Below the pieces are notes generated by a model. It did not search any database and was not told where the DNA came from. It saw only the letters and a list, made by a program, of their open reading frames with translations. Shown here piece by piece: positions 1 through 7,458 of a stretch of 32,000 nucleotides of DNA. The position numbers and the translations under genes were made by a program. This stretch comes from Delftia acidovorans NBRC 14950 (lineage in GTDB: Bacteria; Pseudomonadota; Gammaproteobacteria; Burkholderiales; Burkholderiaceae_C): positions 120,001 to 152,000 of the forward strand of contig NZ_BCZP01000002.1 in assembly GCF_001598795.1 (NCBI RefSeq), given 5' to 3'. Positions within the stretch are counted from its first letter, which is position 1. Every line of letters starts with the position of its first letter.

Positions 1-539
1 TGCGCCTGGTGCCCGCGCTGGCGCCCCAGGTCATCCTGCTGGACAACCACCTGCCCGGCGTGCTGGGCGTCGATGCCATCGCGGGCCTGCGCGCGGCCTC
101 GCCCGGCAGCCGCGTCGTCATGCTCACCGTGAGCGAGGACGGCCAGGACCTGGCGGCCGCGCTGCGCAACGGCGCCCAGGGCTATCTGCTCAAGACCATC
201 GACGGCGACCTGCTGTCCGAGGCCCTGCGCCGCGCCGCGCGCGGCGAGCCTGTGGTCAGCCCCGAGATGATGGGCAAGCTGGTGGCCGCCTTCCAGTCCC
301 AGGGCGCGCCCGAGCCCCAGGCGCCCGAGCCGGACGAGGCCCCGGCCTCGCCGCTGTCCCCGCGCGAGGAAGAGGTGCTGGTCCAGATCGCCCGAGGCGC
401 CAGCAACAAGGAAATCGCCCGCACGCTGGACATTGCCGAGACCACGGTCAAGATCCATGTGCAACACATCCTGCGCAAGCTCGGCCTGAGCTCGCGCGTG
501 CAGGCGGCGGTGTATGCGTCGGAGCGGCAGCGGGATTAG
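1..539 (+). CDS. narL: Nitrate/nitrite response regulator NarL (C-terminal about 178 aa; N-terminus lies upstream of the window)
   Basis: The frame is open from the window edge to TAG at 537-539. The receiver-domain end reads ILLDNHLPGVLGVDAIAGL...GAQGYLLK. The LuxR/FixJ HTH reads LSPREEEVLVQIARGASNKEIARTLDIAETTVKIHVQHILRKLGLSSRVQAAVY and aligns with E. coli NarL from memory. The narK-narGHJI genes lie nearby. Confidence 0.85.
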   Translation, partial: RLVPALAPQVILLDNHLPGVLGVDAIAGLRAASPGSRVVMLTVSEDGQDLAAALRNGAQGYLLKTIDGDLLSEALRRAARGEPVVSPEMMGKLVAAFQSQGAPEPQAPEPDEAPASPLSPREEEVLVQIARGASNKEIARTLDIAETTVKIHVQHILRKLGLSSRVQAAVYASERQRD

Positions 540-543
540 CGGC

Positions 544-1785
544 CTACGCTGTGGCTGAAGCCCAACCATCCCCCGCACACCGCAGCGCCCACACCCAGGC
601 CAGCGCGGCCGCCACGGTCAGCCCGGTGAGCATGGCCGCCGCGCCCATGGCGTCCAGCGCCACGCCGGCCGCCAGCGGCACCAGCATGCGGCTGGCGGCG
701 AAGAGGCTGGCCTGCAGGCCGTAGTCGAAGGCCTGCCAGCGCGGGCGGGCGAATTGCATCATCAGTCCGAAGACGCAGGCCGAGGAGGCGCCCATGGCTG
801 CTGCCACGCAGGCCACGGCCGCGACCAGGCCCGGGGGCGGAGCGCCGGCTGCGATGACGGCGGCCAGCAGCGCCAGCGCCGCCACGTTGCAGCCTGCATA
901 CAGGGGCAGGGCGCGCCGGGTGCCCAGGCGGCGCGTGAGCAGGGGCGAGGCTGCGCCCGCCAGCGCAGCCACCACGCCGCCGCCCATGCCGGCCAGCAGG
1001 GCGGCCTGGGCGGGCGCGAAGCCGTGGTCCAGCATCAGCGGCTTGAGGTAGAACCAGGCCGCGCCGATGAAGGGAAAGTAGCTGACCAGCACCAGGGTCC
1101 AGCGCCAGGCGCCGGGCTGGGCGCCATAGCCGCGGACCATGGTGGCCAGTCCAGCTTTGGGCGCAGGCAGCAGCACAGGCGAGGGCGCCTCCCCGGGCTC
1201 ATGACGCACCACCCAGGCCAGCAGCAGGGCGCCCAGCGCCAGCGCGCCGGCCAGGCAGAGGAAGGGCGCGCGCCAGCCCCATTTCGCCTGCATGAGCAGC
1301 ATCATCCCGCCGCCCACGATGGCGCCCAGCGACAGCGCGGCCGCGCGCACGCCCCCGGCGCGCATGCGCTCGGACGCGGGCAGCAGGCGGATGGCCAGGG
1401 CGCTGACGGGAATGTCGGCCCAGGTGGCGGCCAGCGCGGCCGCGAAGGCCAGGCCGAACAGCCACAGGCGCTCGGCCAGCAACTGCTGCCAGCCCAGGGC
1501 CAGCAGCACGGCCGCATAGGCCAGGCACAGGGCCAGCGCCCAGGCGCGGTAGCGCGGCTGGCCGTTCGCGCTGCGCGCTTCCACGGGCGCGGCCAGCGCG
1601 AACTTGATGAGCGCGGGCAGCCCCGCCAGCTGGAACAGGCCGATGGCCGTGCCCGACCAGCCATGCTGGCGCATGACCAGGGGCAGGCCCAGCCACAGGT
1701 AGACGCTGGGCGCCGTGAGCGCCAGGTGCAGCCAGCCGAAAAGCGCCTGGAGCAGCCAGACAGGGCGGGGAGCTGCGGCCTTCAT
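544..1785 (-). CDS. MFS permease, AmpG/RhtX/FptX-like (putative inner-membrane siderophore importer)
   Basis: The 413-aa product is very hydrophobic, with about 12 predicted TM helices. The N-terminal pattern (LWLGLPLVMRQHGWSGTAIGLFQLAGLPALIKF) resembles the AmpG/RhtX/FptX subfamily. Its ATG overlaps the stop of the upstream methyltransferase (ATGA), and it is the last gene of a TonB-receptor operon. Confidence 0.6.
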   Translation of the reverse strand: MKAAAPRPVWLLQALFGWLHLALTAPSVYLWLGLPLVMRQHGWSGTAIGLFQLAGLPALIKFALAAPVEARSANGQPRYRAWALALCLAYAAVLLALGWQQLLAERLWLFGLAFAAALAATWADIPVSALAIRLLPASERMRAGGVRAAALSLGAIVGGGMMLLMQAKWGWRAPFLCLAGALALGALLLAWVVRHEPGEAPSPVLLPAPKAGLATMVRGYGAQPGAWRWTLVLVSYFPFIGAAWFYLKPLMLDHGFAPAQAALLAGMGGGVVAALAGAASPLLTRRLGTRRALPLYAGCNVAALALLAAVIAAGAPPPGLVAAVACVAAAMGASSACVFGLMMQFARPRWQAFDYGLQASLFAASRMLVPLAAGVALDAMGAAAMLTGLTVAAALAWVWALRCAGDGWASATA

Positions 1786-2849
1786 GGCGCGGCCTTGCGC
1801 GCCACGAGCACGGCCAGCGGCGCCATCGGAAACTCGCGCGACTCGATGCGTTCGATGCGCTCGAACCCGGCCTGCGCCAGCAGCGCCTGCAGCTCGCCGC
1901 GCCGGGTCACGCTGCGGCCCAGCAGGCGCATGGGCAGGTAGTAGGGCAGGGTGCGCAGGGCGGCTTCGGGCGTCTCATCCACCTCGGCATGGGCGCAGAC
2001 GAAGACGCCGCCGGGCGCCAGCGCGTCGAACACCTTGGCGACCACGGCTGCCGCATCGGGCACGAAGTGCAGCACGGACGAGCACCAGACCAGGTCGTAG
2101 CCGCTGCCTATGCCGTCCGTGGCCAGGTTGCCGCCCAGCGCGGTGAAGCGGTCGGACAGGCGGGACTGGCGGGCGTTGTCCGCCGCCACGGACACGGCCT
2201 CGGGCCAGTCTAAGACGCTGGCCTGCAGCGCGGGCTGCCGGCGCAGCAGGGCCAGCGCGATCCAGCCCGGGCCGCCGCCCAGGTCCAGCATGCGGCGCAT
2301 GGCGCCGGCCTCGGGAACCTGCTGCAGCAGGTTCAGCGCGGCAGGCACGCTGACGGCACGCTGCTCCTGGCCGATCTGGGCGCGTGCGGCGGCGGCCCAG
2401 CCTTCGGCATTGCCCGTGGCCAAGGGGGCGCTGCAGGCCGAGCCGTCCCCGGCAGGGCCGTGCTCGACCAGGCCGCGCAGCAGCGTGGCGGAGTGGCGCA
2501 GCGAGCGCAGGCGGAACAGCCAGGCCGGGCCGCAGGACTCGGGCGATGCGCTGTGCAGGTAGCGCAGCGCGTCGGTGGCCAACAGGTAGCTCACGGGCTC
2601 GTGCTGGCCGCGCCGCAGCAGGCCCATGCTCCACAGCAATTCCAGCCAGTGGGAGGTATTGGCCTCGTTCCAGCCCTGGGCCTGGGCCAGCTCGGCCGGC
2701 GTCTGGGGCGTGGCCAGCCGGTCCAGCGCCCCCGATTCGAGGGCCAGCACCAGGGCCTCGGCCTGGATCGGGGCGGCGGCCAGGTCCCACAGCGGTTGCA
2801 GGGCGTGAGAGGGGGTGTGGGTAGGGGATTCACGGCGGGGTGTATTCAT
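1782..2849 (-). CDS. Class I SAM-dependent methyltransferase (O-methyltransferase family-2-like, with N-terminal winged-helix/dimerisation region)
   Basis: 355 aa when started at MNTPRR (ATG 2849-2847). The SAM motif I reads RMLDLGGGPGWIALALL, followed by an acidic-loop LDWPE and motif DLVWCSSVLHF. The longer 596-aa ORF would overlap the upstream receptor gene, so it was not used. Confidence 0.75.
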   Translation of the reverse strand: MNTPRRESPTHTPSHALQPLWDLAAAPIQAEALVLALESGALDRLATPQTPAELAQAQGWNEANTSHWLELLWSMGLLRRGQHEPVSYLLATDALRYLHSASPESCGPAWLFRLRSLRHSATLLRGLVEHGPAGDGSACSAPLATGNAEGWAAAARAQIGQEQRAVSVPAALNLLQQVPEAGAMRRMLDLGGGPGWIALALLRRQPALQASVLDWPEAVSVAADNARQSRLSDRFTALGGNLATDGIGSGYDLVWCSSVLHFVPDAAAVVAKVFDALAPGGVFVCAHAEVDETPEAALRTLPYYLPMRLLGRSVTRRGELQALLAQAGFERIERIESREFPMAPLAVLVARKAAP

Positions 2850-2875
2850 CGGAAGGTCCTTTTCACGAAAGGGAG

Positions 2876-4870
2876 TCAAATGCGCCAGGTCAGCCGCACG
2901 CCGAACTCGCGCGGCGGGCTGTAGACCACGACCTGGCCGTTGAGGTAGCCCACGGCGTCGTAGCGGCGGTTGGCGGCATTGCGCAGGTAGGCGGCGATTT
3001 CCCAGGACCCCTGGGCATAGCCGGCCGACAGGTTGAGCAGCCCGTAGCCGGGGCGGCGGTAGGCGTTGGCGGCGTCCAGGTAGACCTTGCCCGTGCCCTG
3101 CACGGCGGCCTGCGCCCACCAGCGGCCGGGCGCGTCGTAGCGCAGGGCCACATGGGCCGTCATGTCGGGCGCGAAGGGGTTGCGGTGGCCGTCGTAGACG
3201 GCGGCGCCGTCGCGGAAGCTGCCGAAGCGCGTGCGGTTCAGGCCCAGGGCGGTCTGCAGCTGCCAGCCGCCGCCGAACACATAGTCGAGCTCGAAGTCCG
3301 CACCCGTGGAGCGCGCCCGCGCCGCATTGGTGATGTAGACCACGCCCGGCAGGCCCATCTGCTGCACCTGCATGTCGCGCACCTGCTGGGTGTAGACCGA
3401 GGCCGCATAGCGCAGGCGCTGCCCCAGCAGCCGGCCCTTGGCGCCGATCTCCCAGGCGCGCACGGTCTCTGGCTCGTAGGCCGCATAGCCCATGGCCGGA
3501 GAGAACACGTTGAAGCCGCCCGCGCGCTGGCCTTCGCTGAGGCTGGTGTAGACCTGGCCCTGGGGCGACCACTGGTATTGCAGCGAGAGCTTGGGGCTCA
3601 AGCGCGTCCAGCTGTCGCTGCGGGCCGCTGCGCCTTGCGGCGCCAGTTCGACCCGGCTTCGCTCCACGCGCGCGCCGGCCGCCAGCGTCCAGCGCTCGGA
3701 CAGCGGGACGGTCCAGTGCGTGAACAGCGCCGCCGTGCTGCCCTTGAGCCCGGCCGTGGGCCGCATCAGCGCGGCGGGCAGCTTTTGCTCGTAGCGCAGG
3801 TCATGGTCGTCGCGGTCCAGGTACAGGCCGGCCAGCCAGCGCGCGTTCCACAGGCCTGCGGCCTCGCCCTCCAGGCGCAGTTCCTGCGAGGTCGTGGCCA
3901 GGCGGTAGTCGCGCCGCACGTGGAGCAGGTCGGCGCGCTGGAAGTCCGTGTCCTGCAGCACGCGGTCGTCGAAGACATTGCGCGCGGTGATGGAGCGCAG
4001 CCGCAGGCCCGAGGCAAAGCGGTGCGAGACATCGAGCGACAGCGTCTGCCCGCGCGAGCGGTTCCAGCTGTCCGTGCCCGAGTTCACCGTGGCGCGCGGC
4101 GCGGCAATGCTGCCCCATTGCGCGGCGCCGTCGTCCCAGCGCTGCTGGGCGTAGCGCAGCGTGGCCTCGGTCTCGGCCGTGGGCGTCCAGCGCAGGGCCA
4201 GGCGGCCGCTGGCGCGCTCGCGGTCGTCCACGCGCGCTCCCGTCGCCTGCTGGCGTATGAAGCCGTCCTGCGCGCGCCACTCGCCCGACAGGCCGATGTA
4301 GAGCTGGCCCGGCACCAGGGCGCGGCCCAGCTCGAAGCTGCCCGCGCGCTGGCCGTGGTTGCCGGCCTCGGCGCTGATCGATGCATAGGGCGTGTCGCCG
4401 GGCTGGCGCGTGACGATGCTGACCACGCCCGCTTCGGCATTGCGGCCGTACAAGGTCGATTGCGGGCCGCGCAGCACCTCCACGCGGTCCACGCCCTGCA
4501 GGTTGTGCTCGAAGCCCTGGGCCATCAGCGTGGGCACACCATCGACCAGCAGCAGCGTGGACGAGGAGAACGACACGAAGTTGGCCGTCAGCCCGCGCAT
4601 CACGGGCGGCTGCACGCCCGACTGGCCGAAGGCCTGGAACACAAAGCCCGGCACCTGTGCGGACAGCGCGTCCAGCCCGCGCACGCCGGCCGCCTCCAGC
4701 GCCGCGCCGTCGAAGACGGAGACGCTGGCGGGCACGGCGTCCAGGCTCTCGGCCTGCTTGTTCACCGTGACCGTGATCTCGGGCAGGGCGGCTTCGGGCG
4801 CCTGGCCCTGGGCCGCCACCGTGAAGGGGGCCAGGGCCAGCGCGGCCGGCCAGCGAAGGGGGAATGCCAT
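2876..4870 (-). CDS. TonB-dependent outer-membrane siderophore receptor (small FyuA/FptA-size class)
   Basis: 664 aa. The signal peptide is MAFPLRWPAALALAPFTVAAQG, with a TonB-box-like LPEITVTV. Plug motifs include VEVLRGPQSTLYGRNAEAGVVSIVTR. The beta-barrel has an alternating pattern up to the C-terminal FGVRLTWRI. The SD GGAGAGGA lies upstream, and a Fur-like box sits in the promoter. Confidence 0.9.
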   Translation of the reverse strand: MAFPLRWPAALALAPFTVAAQGQAPEAALPEITVTVNKQAESLDAVPASVSVFDGAALEAAGVRGLDALSAQVPGFVFQAFGQSGVQPPVMRGLTANFVSFSSSTLLLVDGVPTLMAQGFEHNLQGVDRVEVLRGPQSTLYGRNAEAGVVSIVTRQPGDTPYASISAEAGNHGQRAGSFELGRALVPGQLYIGLSGEWRAQDGFIRQQATGARVDDRERASGRLALRWTPTAETEATLRYAQQRWDDGAAQWGSIAAPRATVNSGTDSWNRSRGQTLSLDVSHRFASGLRLRSITARNVFDDRVLQDTDFQRADLLHVRRDYRLATTSQELRLEGEAAGLWNARWLAGLYLDRDDHDLRYEQKLPAALMRPTAGLKGSTAALFTHWTVPLSERWTLAAGARVERSRVELAPQGAAARSDSWTRLSPKLSLQYQWSPQGQVYTSLSEGQRAGGFNVFSPAMGYAAYEPETVRAWEIGAKGRLLGQRLRYAASVYTQQVRDMQVQQMGLPGVVYITNAARARSTGADFELDYVFGGGWQLQTALGLNRTRFGSFRDGAAVYDGHRNPFAPDMTAHVALRYDAPGRWWAQAAVQGTGKVYLDAANAYRRPGYGLLNLSAGYAQGSWEIAAYLRNAANRRYDAVGYLNGQVVVYSPPREFGVRLTWRI

Positions 4871-4920
4871 GGTTTTCTCGTCCTCTCCAAAAGGGAATCT
4901 CGTTGGAGACCGATGCTAGG

Positions 4921-4939
4921 GAAGATGAGAATCGCTATC
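4921..4939. promoter_or_regulatory. Fur-box-like operator in the divergent receptor/AraC promoter region
   Basis: GAAGATGAGAATCGCTATC matches the GATAATGATAATCATTATC consensus at 14 of 19 positions. It sits in a local AT-rich patch, 51-69 nt upstream of the receptor ATG and 62-80 nt upstream of the AraC ATG. Confidence 0.55.
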
Positions 4940-5000
4940 ATTTGAAAACGTATGCGCGCCGGAGCATTTCCTATGCGAAGCGCGCATCCATTCCTCTCCC

Positions 5001-5963
5001 ATGACCTCCCGCATCCCTTCCTCGCTTGCCTTGCCCCAGCCCTGTGCGCCGGGCTGGACGCGGCATGCCCTGCCCGCCGAGCTGGGCGACTGCCATGCGG
5101 AGCGCTTCACGCTGGGTGACGGCATCGTGCTGGCGCGCTCGCACTACTGCCCGCTGCGCGACCTGGTGGAGGACAGCGTGCAGGCCGATGCCTCGGACCA
5201 GGGCCGCACCCTGGTCATCACGCTGGGGCTGGCCGGCGAATCGGGCTTTGTGGCGCGTACGGGTGCGGCGCTGCGCTTCGGCGCGGGGCAGACCACGCTG
5301 GCAGCCTTTCGCGGCAGCCAGGGCGAGCGCCGCTATGCGGCAGGCCAGACCGTGCGCCAACTGCGCCTGCTGCTGTCGGGCGCGGCGCTGGACCGCTACC
5401 TGGGGGCCGAGCTTTCGCGGCGGCTGACCCAGGTGGACGGCGCGGCCGGTGTGCGGGCGCTGGACCACCGTGCCAGCCTGCCGGCCAGCCTGGCGCTGGC
5501 GCGGCGCCTGGCCCAGCCGCCCGGGCACCAGCCCACCGATGCGCTGGACCGCCACATCGCCATGCTGAGCCTGGCCGCGCTGGAGCTGCGGCACCTGGCG
5601 CCTGCGCCGCAGCCGGCCAAGGCGGCACTGCGCTGGTCGGCCGACGAGCTGTCCCGGCTGGAGCAGGCGCGCGAACTGCTGTCCACCCAGATGGACCGCG
5701 CGCTGACCCTGGCCTACCTGAGCGCCGCCGTGGGCCTGGGCGAGCACCGGCTCAAGCAGGGCTTTCGCGCCGTCTTCGGCACCACGCCCCAGGCCCTGCT
5801 GCTGGAGCTGCGCATGCGCCGCGCCTGGGCGTTGCTGGAGACCGGCTGCCAGGTCGCCCAGGCCGGCTGGCAGGTGGGCTATGTCCATCCGTCGAACTTC
5901 AGTGCGGCATTTGCGCGGTTCTACGGGCGCAGCCCGAAGTCCGTTTTTGGCCGCCGCTCCTGA
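5001..5963 (+). CDS. AraC-family transcriptional regulator, PchR/YbtA-like (siderophore-responsive type)
   Basis: 320 aa. The C-terminal double HTH reads LTLAYLSAAVGLGEHRLKQGFRAVFGTTPQALLLELRMRRAWALLETGCQVAQAGWQVGYVHPSNFSAAFARFYGRSP. It is divergent from a TonB receptor operon. No obvious SD precedes the ATG. Confidence 0.8.
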   Translation: MTSRIPSSLALPQPCAPGWTRHALPAELGDCHAERFTLGDGIVLARSHYCPLRDLVEDSVQADASDQGRTLVITLGLAGESGFVARTGAALRFGAGQTTLAAFRGSQGERRYAAGQTVRQLRLLLSGAALDRYLGAELSRRLTQVDGAAGVRALDHRASLPASLALARRLAQPPGHQPTDALDRHIAMLSLAALELRHLAPAPQPAKAALRWSADELSRLEQARELLSTQMDRALTLAYLSAAVGLGEHRLKQGFRAVFGTTPQALLLELRMRRAWALLETGCQVAQAGWQVGYVHPSNFSAAFARFYGRSPKSVFGRRS

Positions 5964-5973
5964 TCTGCGTCAA
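5960..5973. promoter_or_regulatory. Candidate FNR/Anr/Dnr-type box
   Basis: CTGAT-CTGC-GTCAA matches 8 of 10 positions of TTGAT-N4-ATCAA. It overlaps the AraC stop codon and is centred about 153 nt upstream of the narK1 ATG. Confidence 0.35.
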
Positions 5974-5989
5974 GCCTTTTTGTCCTCGA

Positions 5990-6005
5990 TAGTTCTTTGG
6001 AACTA
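5990..6005. promoter_or_regulatory. Candidate NarL 7-2-7 inverted-heptamer site
   Basis: TAGTTCT-TT-GGAACTA is a near-perfect inverted repeat in the 7-2-7 arrangement. Each heptamer matches the E. coli NarL consensus TACYYMT at 6 of 7 positions (G instead of C at position 3). It lies upstream of narK1, and narL is present in the window. Confidence 0.45.
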
Positions 6006-6023
6006 GGCCCGCCTGCGCGCTCC

Positions 6024-6030
6024 TAGTTCT
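6024..6030. promoter_or_regulatory. Third copy of the TAGTTCT heptamer (possible extra NarL half-site, or the 3' arm of a hairpin with 5999-6007)
   Basis: This is an exact repeat of TAGTTCT. CCTAGTTC (6022-6029) is also the reverse complement of GAACTAGG (6000-6007), so a 14-nt-loop stem is an alternative reading. Confidence 0.3.
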
Positions 6031-6119
6031 TCCGCCTTGTCCGAGCGTACGGCTGGCGGATGTGCGGCGCGGCCCTCGCGCGGGACCATGGAAGCCATAG
6101 CCCCCACGAGGAAAACAAA

Positions 6120-7442
6120 ATGGCAAACACAGCGCCCACCGCACAGGGCGACCCCCGAAAGAGCACCAGCACAGGCACACGCCACGACCGCCAGGCCTGG
6201 TCGGTCCTGGCCGTCAGCACCCTGGCCTTCACGGTCTGCTTCATGGTCTGGATGATGTTCGGCATCATCGGCATCCCCATCAAGAAGATGCTGGATCTGA
6301 ACGCCACGCAGTTCGGCCTGCTCACGGCCATGCCCGTGCTCACGGGCTCGCTGGTGCGCGTGCCGCTGGGCATCTGGACCGACCGCTTCGGCGGGCGCAT
6401 CGTGATGGCGGTGCTGATGGCCGTCACCGTGCCCGCGATCTGGGTGATGGGCTATGCCACCGAGTACTGGCACTTCCTGACCATCGGCCTGTTCGTGGGC
6501 CTGGCGGGCGGCTCGTTCTCGGTGGGCACGCCCTATGTGGCGCGCTGGTTTCCCAAGGAGCGCCAGGGCATGGCCATGGGCATCTATGGCGCGGGCAACT
6601 CGGGTGCGGCGGTCAACAAGTTCGTGGCGCCGGTGATCCTGGTGGCCTTCGGCTGGGCCGCCGTGCCGCATGCCTATGCGGCCATCATGCTGGGCGCGCT
6701 GGTGCTGTTCTGGCTGTTCAGCCACAGCGACCCGGCCCACCTGGTGCCCAGCAATGTGCGCTTCAGCGACCAGTTGAAGGCGCTCAAGGACCCGCGCGTG
6801 CTCAAGTACTGCCAGTACTACAGCATCGTCTTCGGCGGCTATGTGGCGCTGAGCCTGTGGATGGTGCAGTACTACGTGGGCGAGTACGGCCTGGACATCC
6901 GCGTGGCGGCCCTGCTGGCGGCCTGCTTTTCGCTGCCGGGCGGCGTGCTGCGCGCCATCGGCGGCTGGCTGTCGGACAAGTACGGCGCACACAGCGTGAC
7001 CTGGTGGGTGCTGTGGGTGTGCTGGATCTGCCTGTTCCTGCTGTCCTATCCGCAGACCGATTTCACGGTGCTCACCACCGAGGGCAGCACCCGCTTTCAC
7101 CTGGGCCTGAACGTCTATGCCTTCACCGCGCTGATGTTCGTGCTGGGCATTGCCATGGCCTTCGGCAAGGCCAGCGTCTTCAAGTACATCAGCGACGACT
7201 ACCCCGGAAACATCGGCGCCATCAGCGGCATCGTGGGCCTGGCCGGCGGCATGGGCGGCTTCATCCTGCCCATCCTGTTCGGCGTGCTGCTGGACTGGAC
7301 GGGCATCCGCTCCAGCGCCTTCATGCTGCTGTACGGCGTGGTCTGGGTGTCGCTGATCTGGATGTATTTCACCGAGGTGCGCCGCACCGACGTGCTCAAC
7401 AGCCACGGCGGCCACAGCGATGTGCAGCCGGCCGCGCGCTGA
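6120..7442 (+). CDS. narK1: Nitrate/nitrite transporter NarK1 (MFS, NNP family)
   Basis: 440 aa from ATG 6120, with the SD GAGGAAAA upstream. It has 12-TM MFS architecture, and NNP-type Gly-rich motifs include GLAGGSFSVGTPYVARWFP and GIVGLAGGMGGFILP. It lies immediately upstream of a second narK and narGHJI. Confidence 0.9.
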   Translation: MANTAPTAQGDPRKSTSTGTRHDRQAWSVLAVSTLAFTVCFMVWMMFGIIGIPIKKMLDLNATQFGLLTAMPVLTGSLVRVPLGIWTDRFGGRIVMAVLMAVTVPAIWVMGYATEYWHFLTIGLFVGLAGGSFSVGTPYVARWFPKERQGMAMGIYGAGNSGAAVNKFVAPVILVAFGWAAVPHAYAAIMLGALVLFWLFSHSDPAHLVPSNVRFSDQLKALKDPRVLKYCQYYSIVFGGYVALSLWMVQYYVGEYGLDIRVAALLAACFSLPGGVLRAIGGWLSDKYGAHSVTWWVLWVCWICLFLLSYPQTDFTVLTTEGSTRFHLGLNVYAFTALMFVLGIAMAFGKASVFKYISDDYPGNIGAISGIVGLAGGMGGFILPILFGVLLDWTGIRSSAFMLLYGVVWVSLIWMYFTEVRRTDVLNSHGGHSDVQPAAR

Positions 7443-7458
7443 ACCGCAGGAGTTGCAC

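Noticed and set aside
1782-3572. The long 596-aa version of the methyltransferase ORF.
   Set aside because: The N-terminal 240 aa overlap the 3' end of the receptor gene in another frame and are Arg/Pro/Gly low-complexity sequence. The internal ATG at 2849 gives a normal-size methyltransferase starting 26 nt after the receptor stop.
2840-4945. A 701-aa plus-strand ORF antisense to the TonB-dependent receptor. Similar long shadow ORFs occur at 6003-7679(-), 7396-9006(-), 15174-17540(-), 17266-19518(-), 21990-23819(+), 23675-26065(+), 25399-27153(+), 26933-28372(+) and 29089-31113(-).
   Set aside because: All of them mirror well-supported genes on the other strand. They have Arg/Gly/Ala/His-rich compositions, lack SD-start geometry, and are typical high-GC artefacts.
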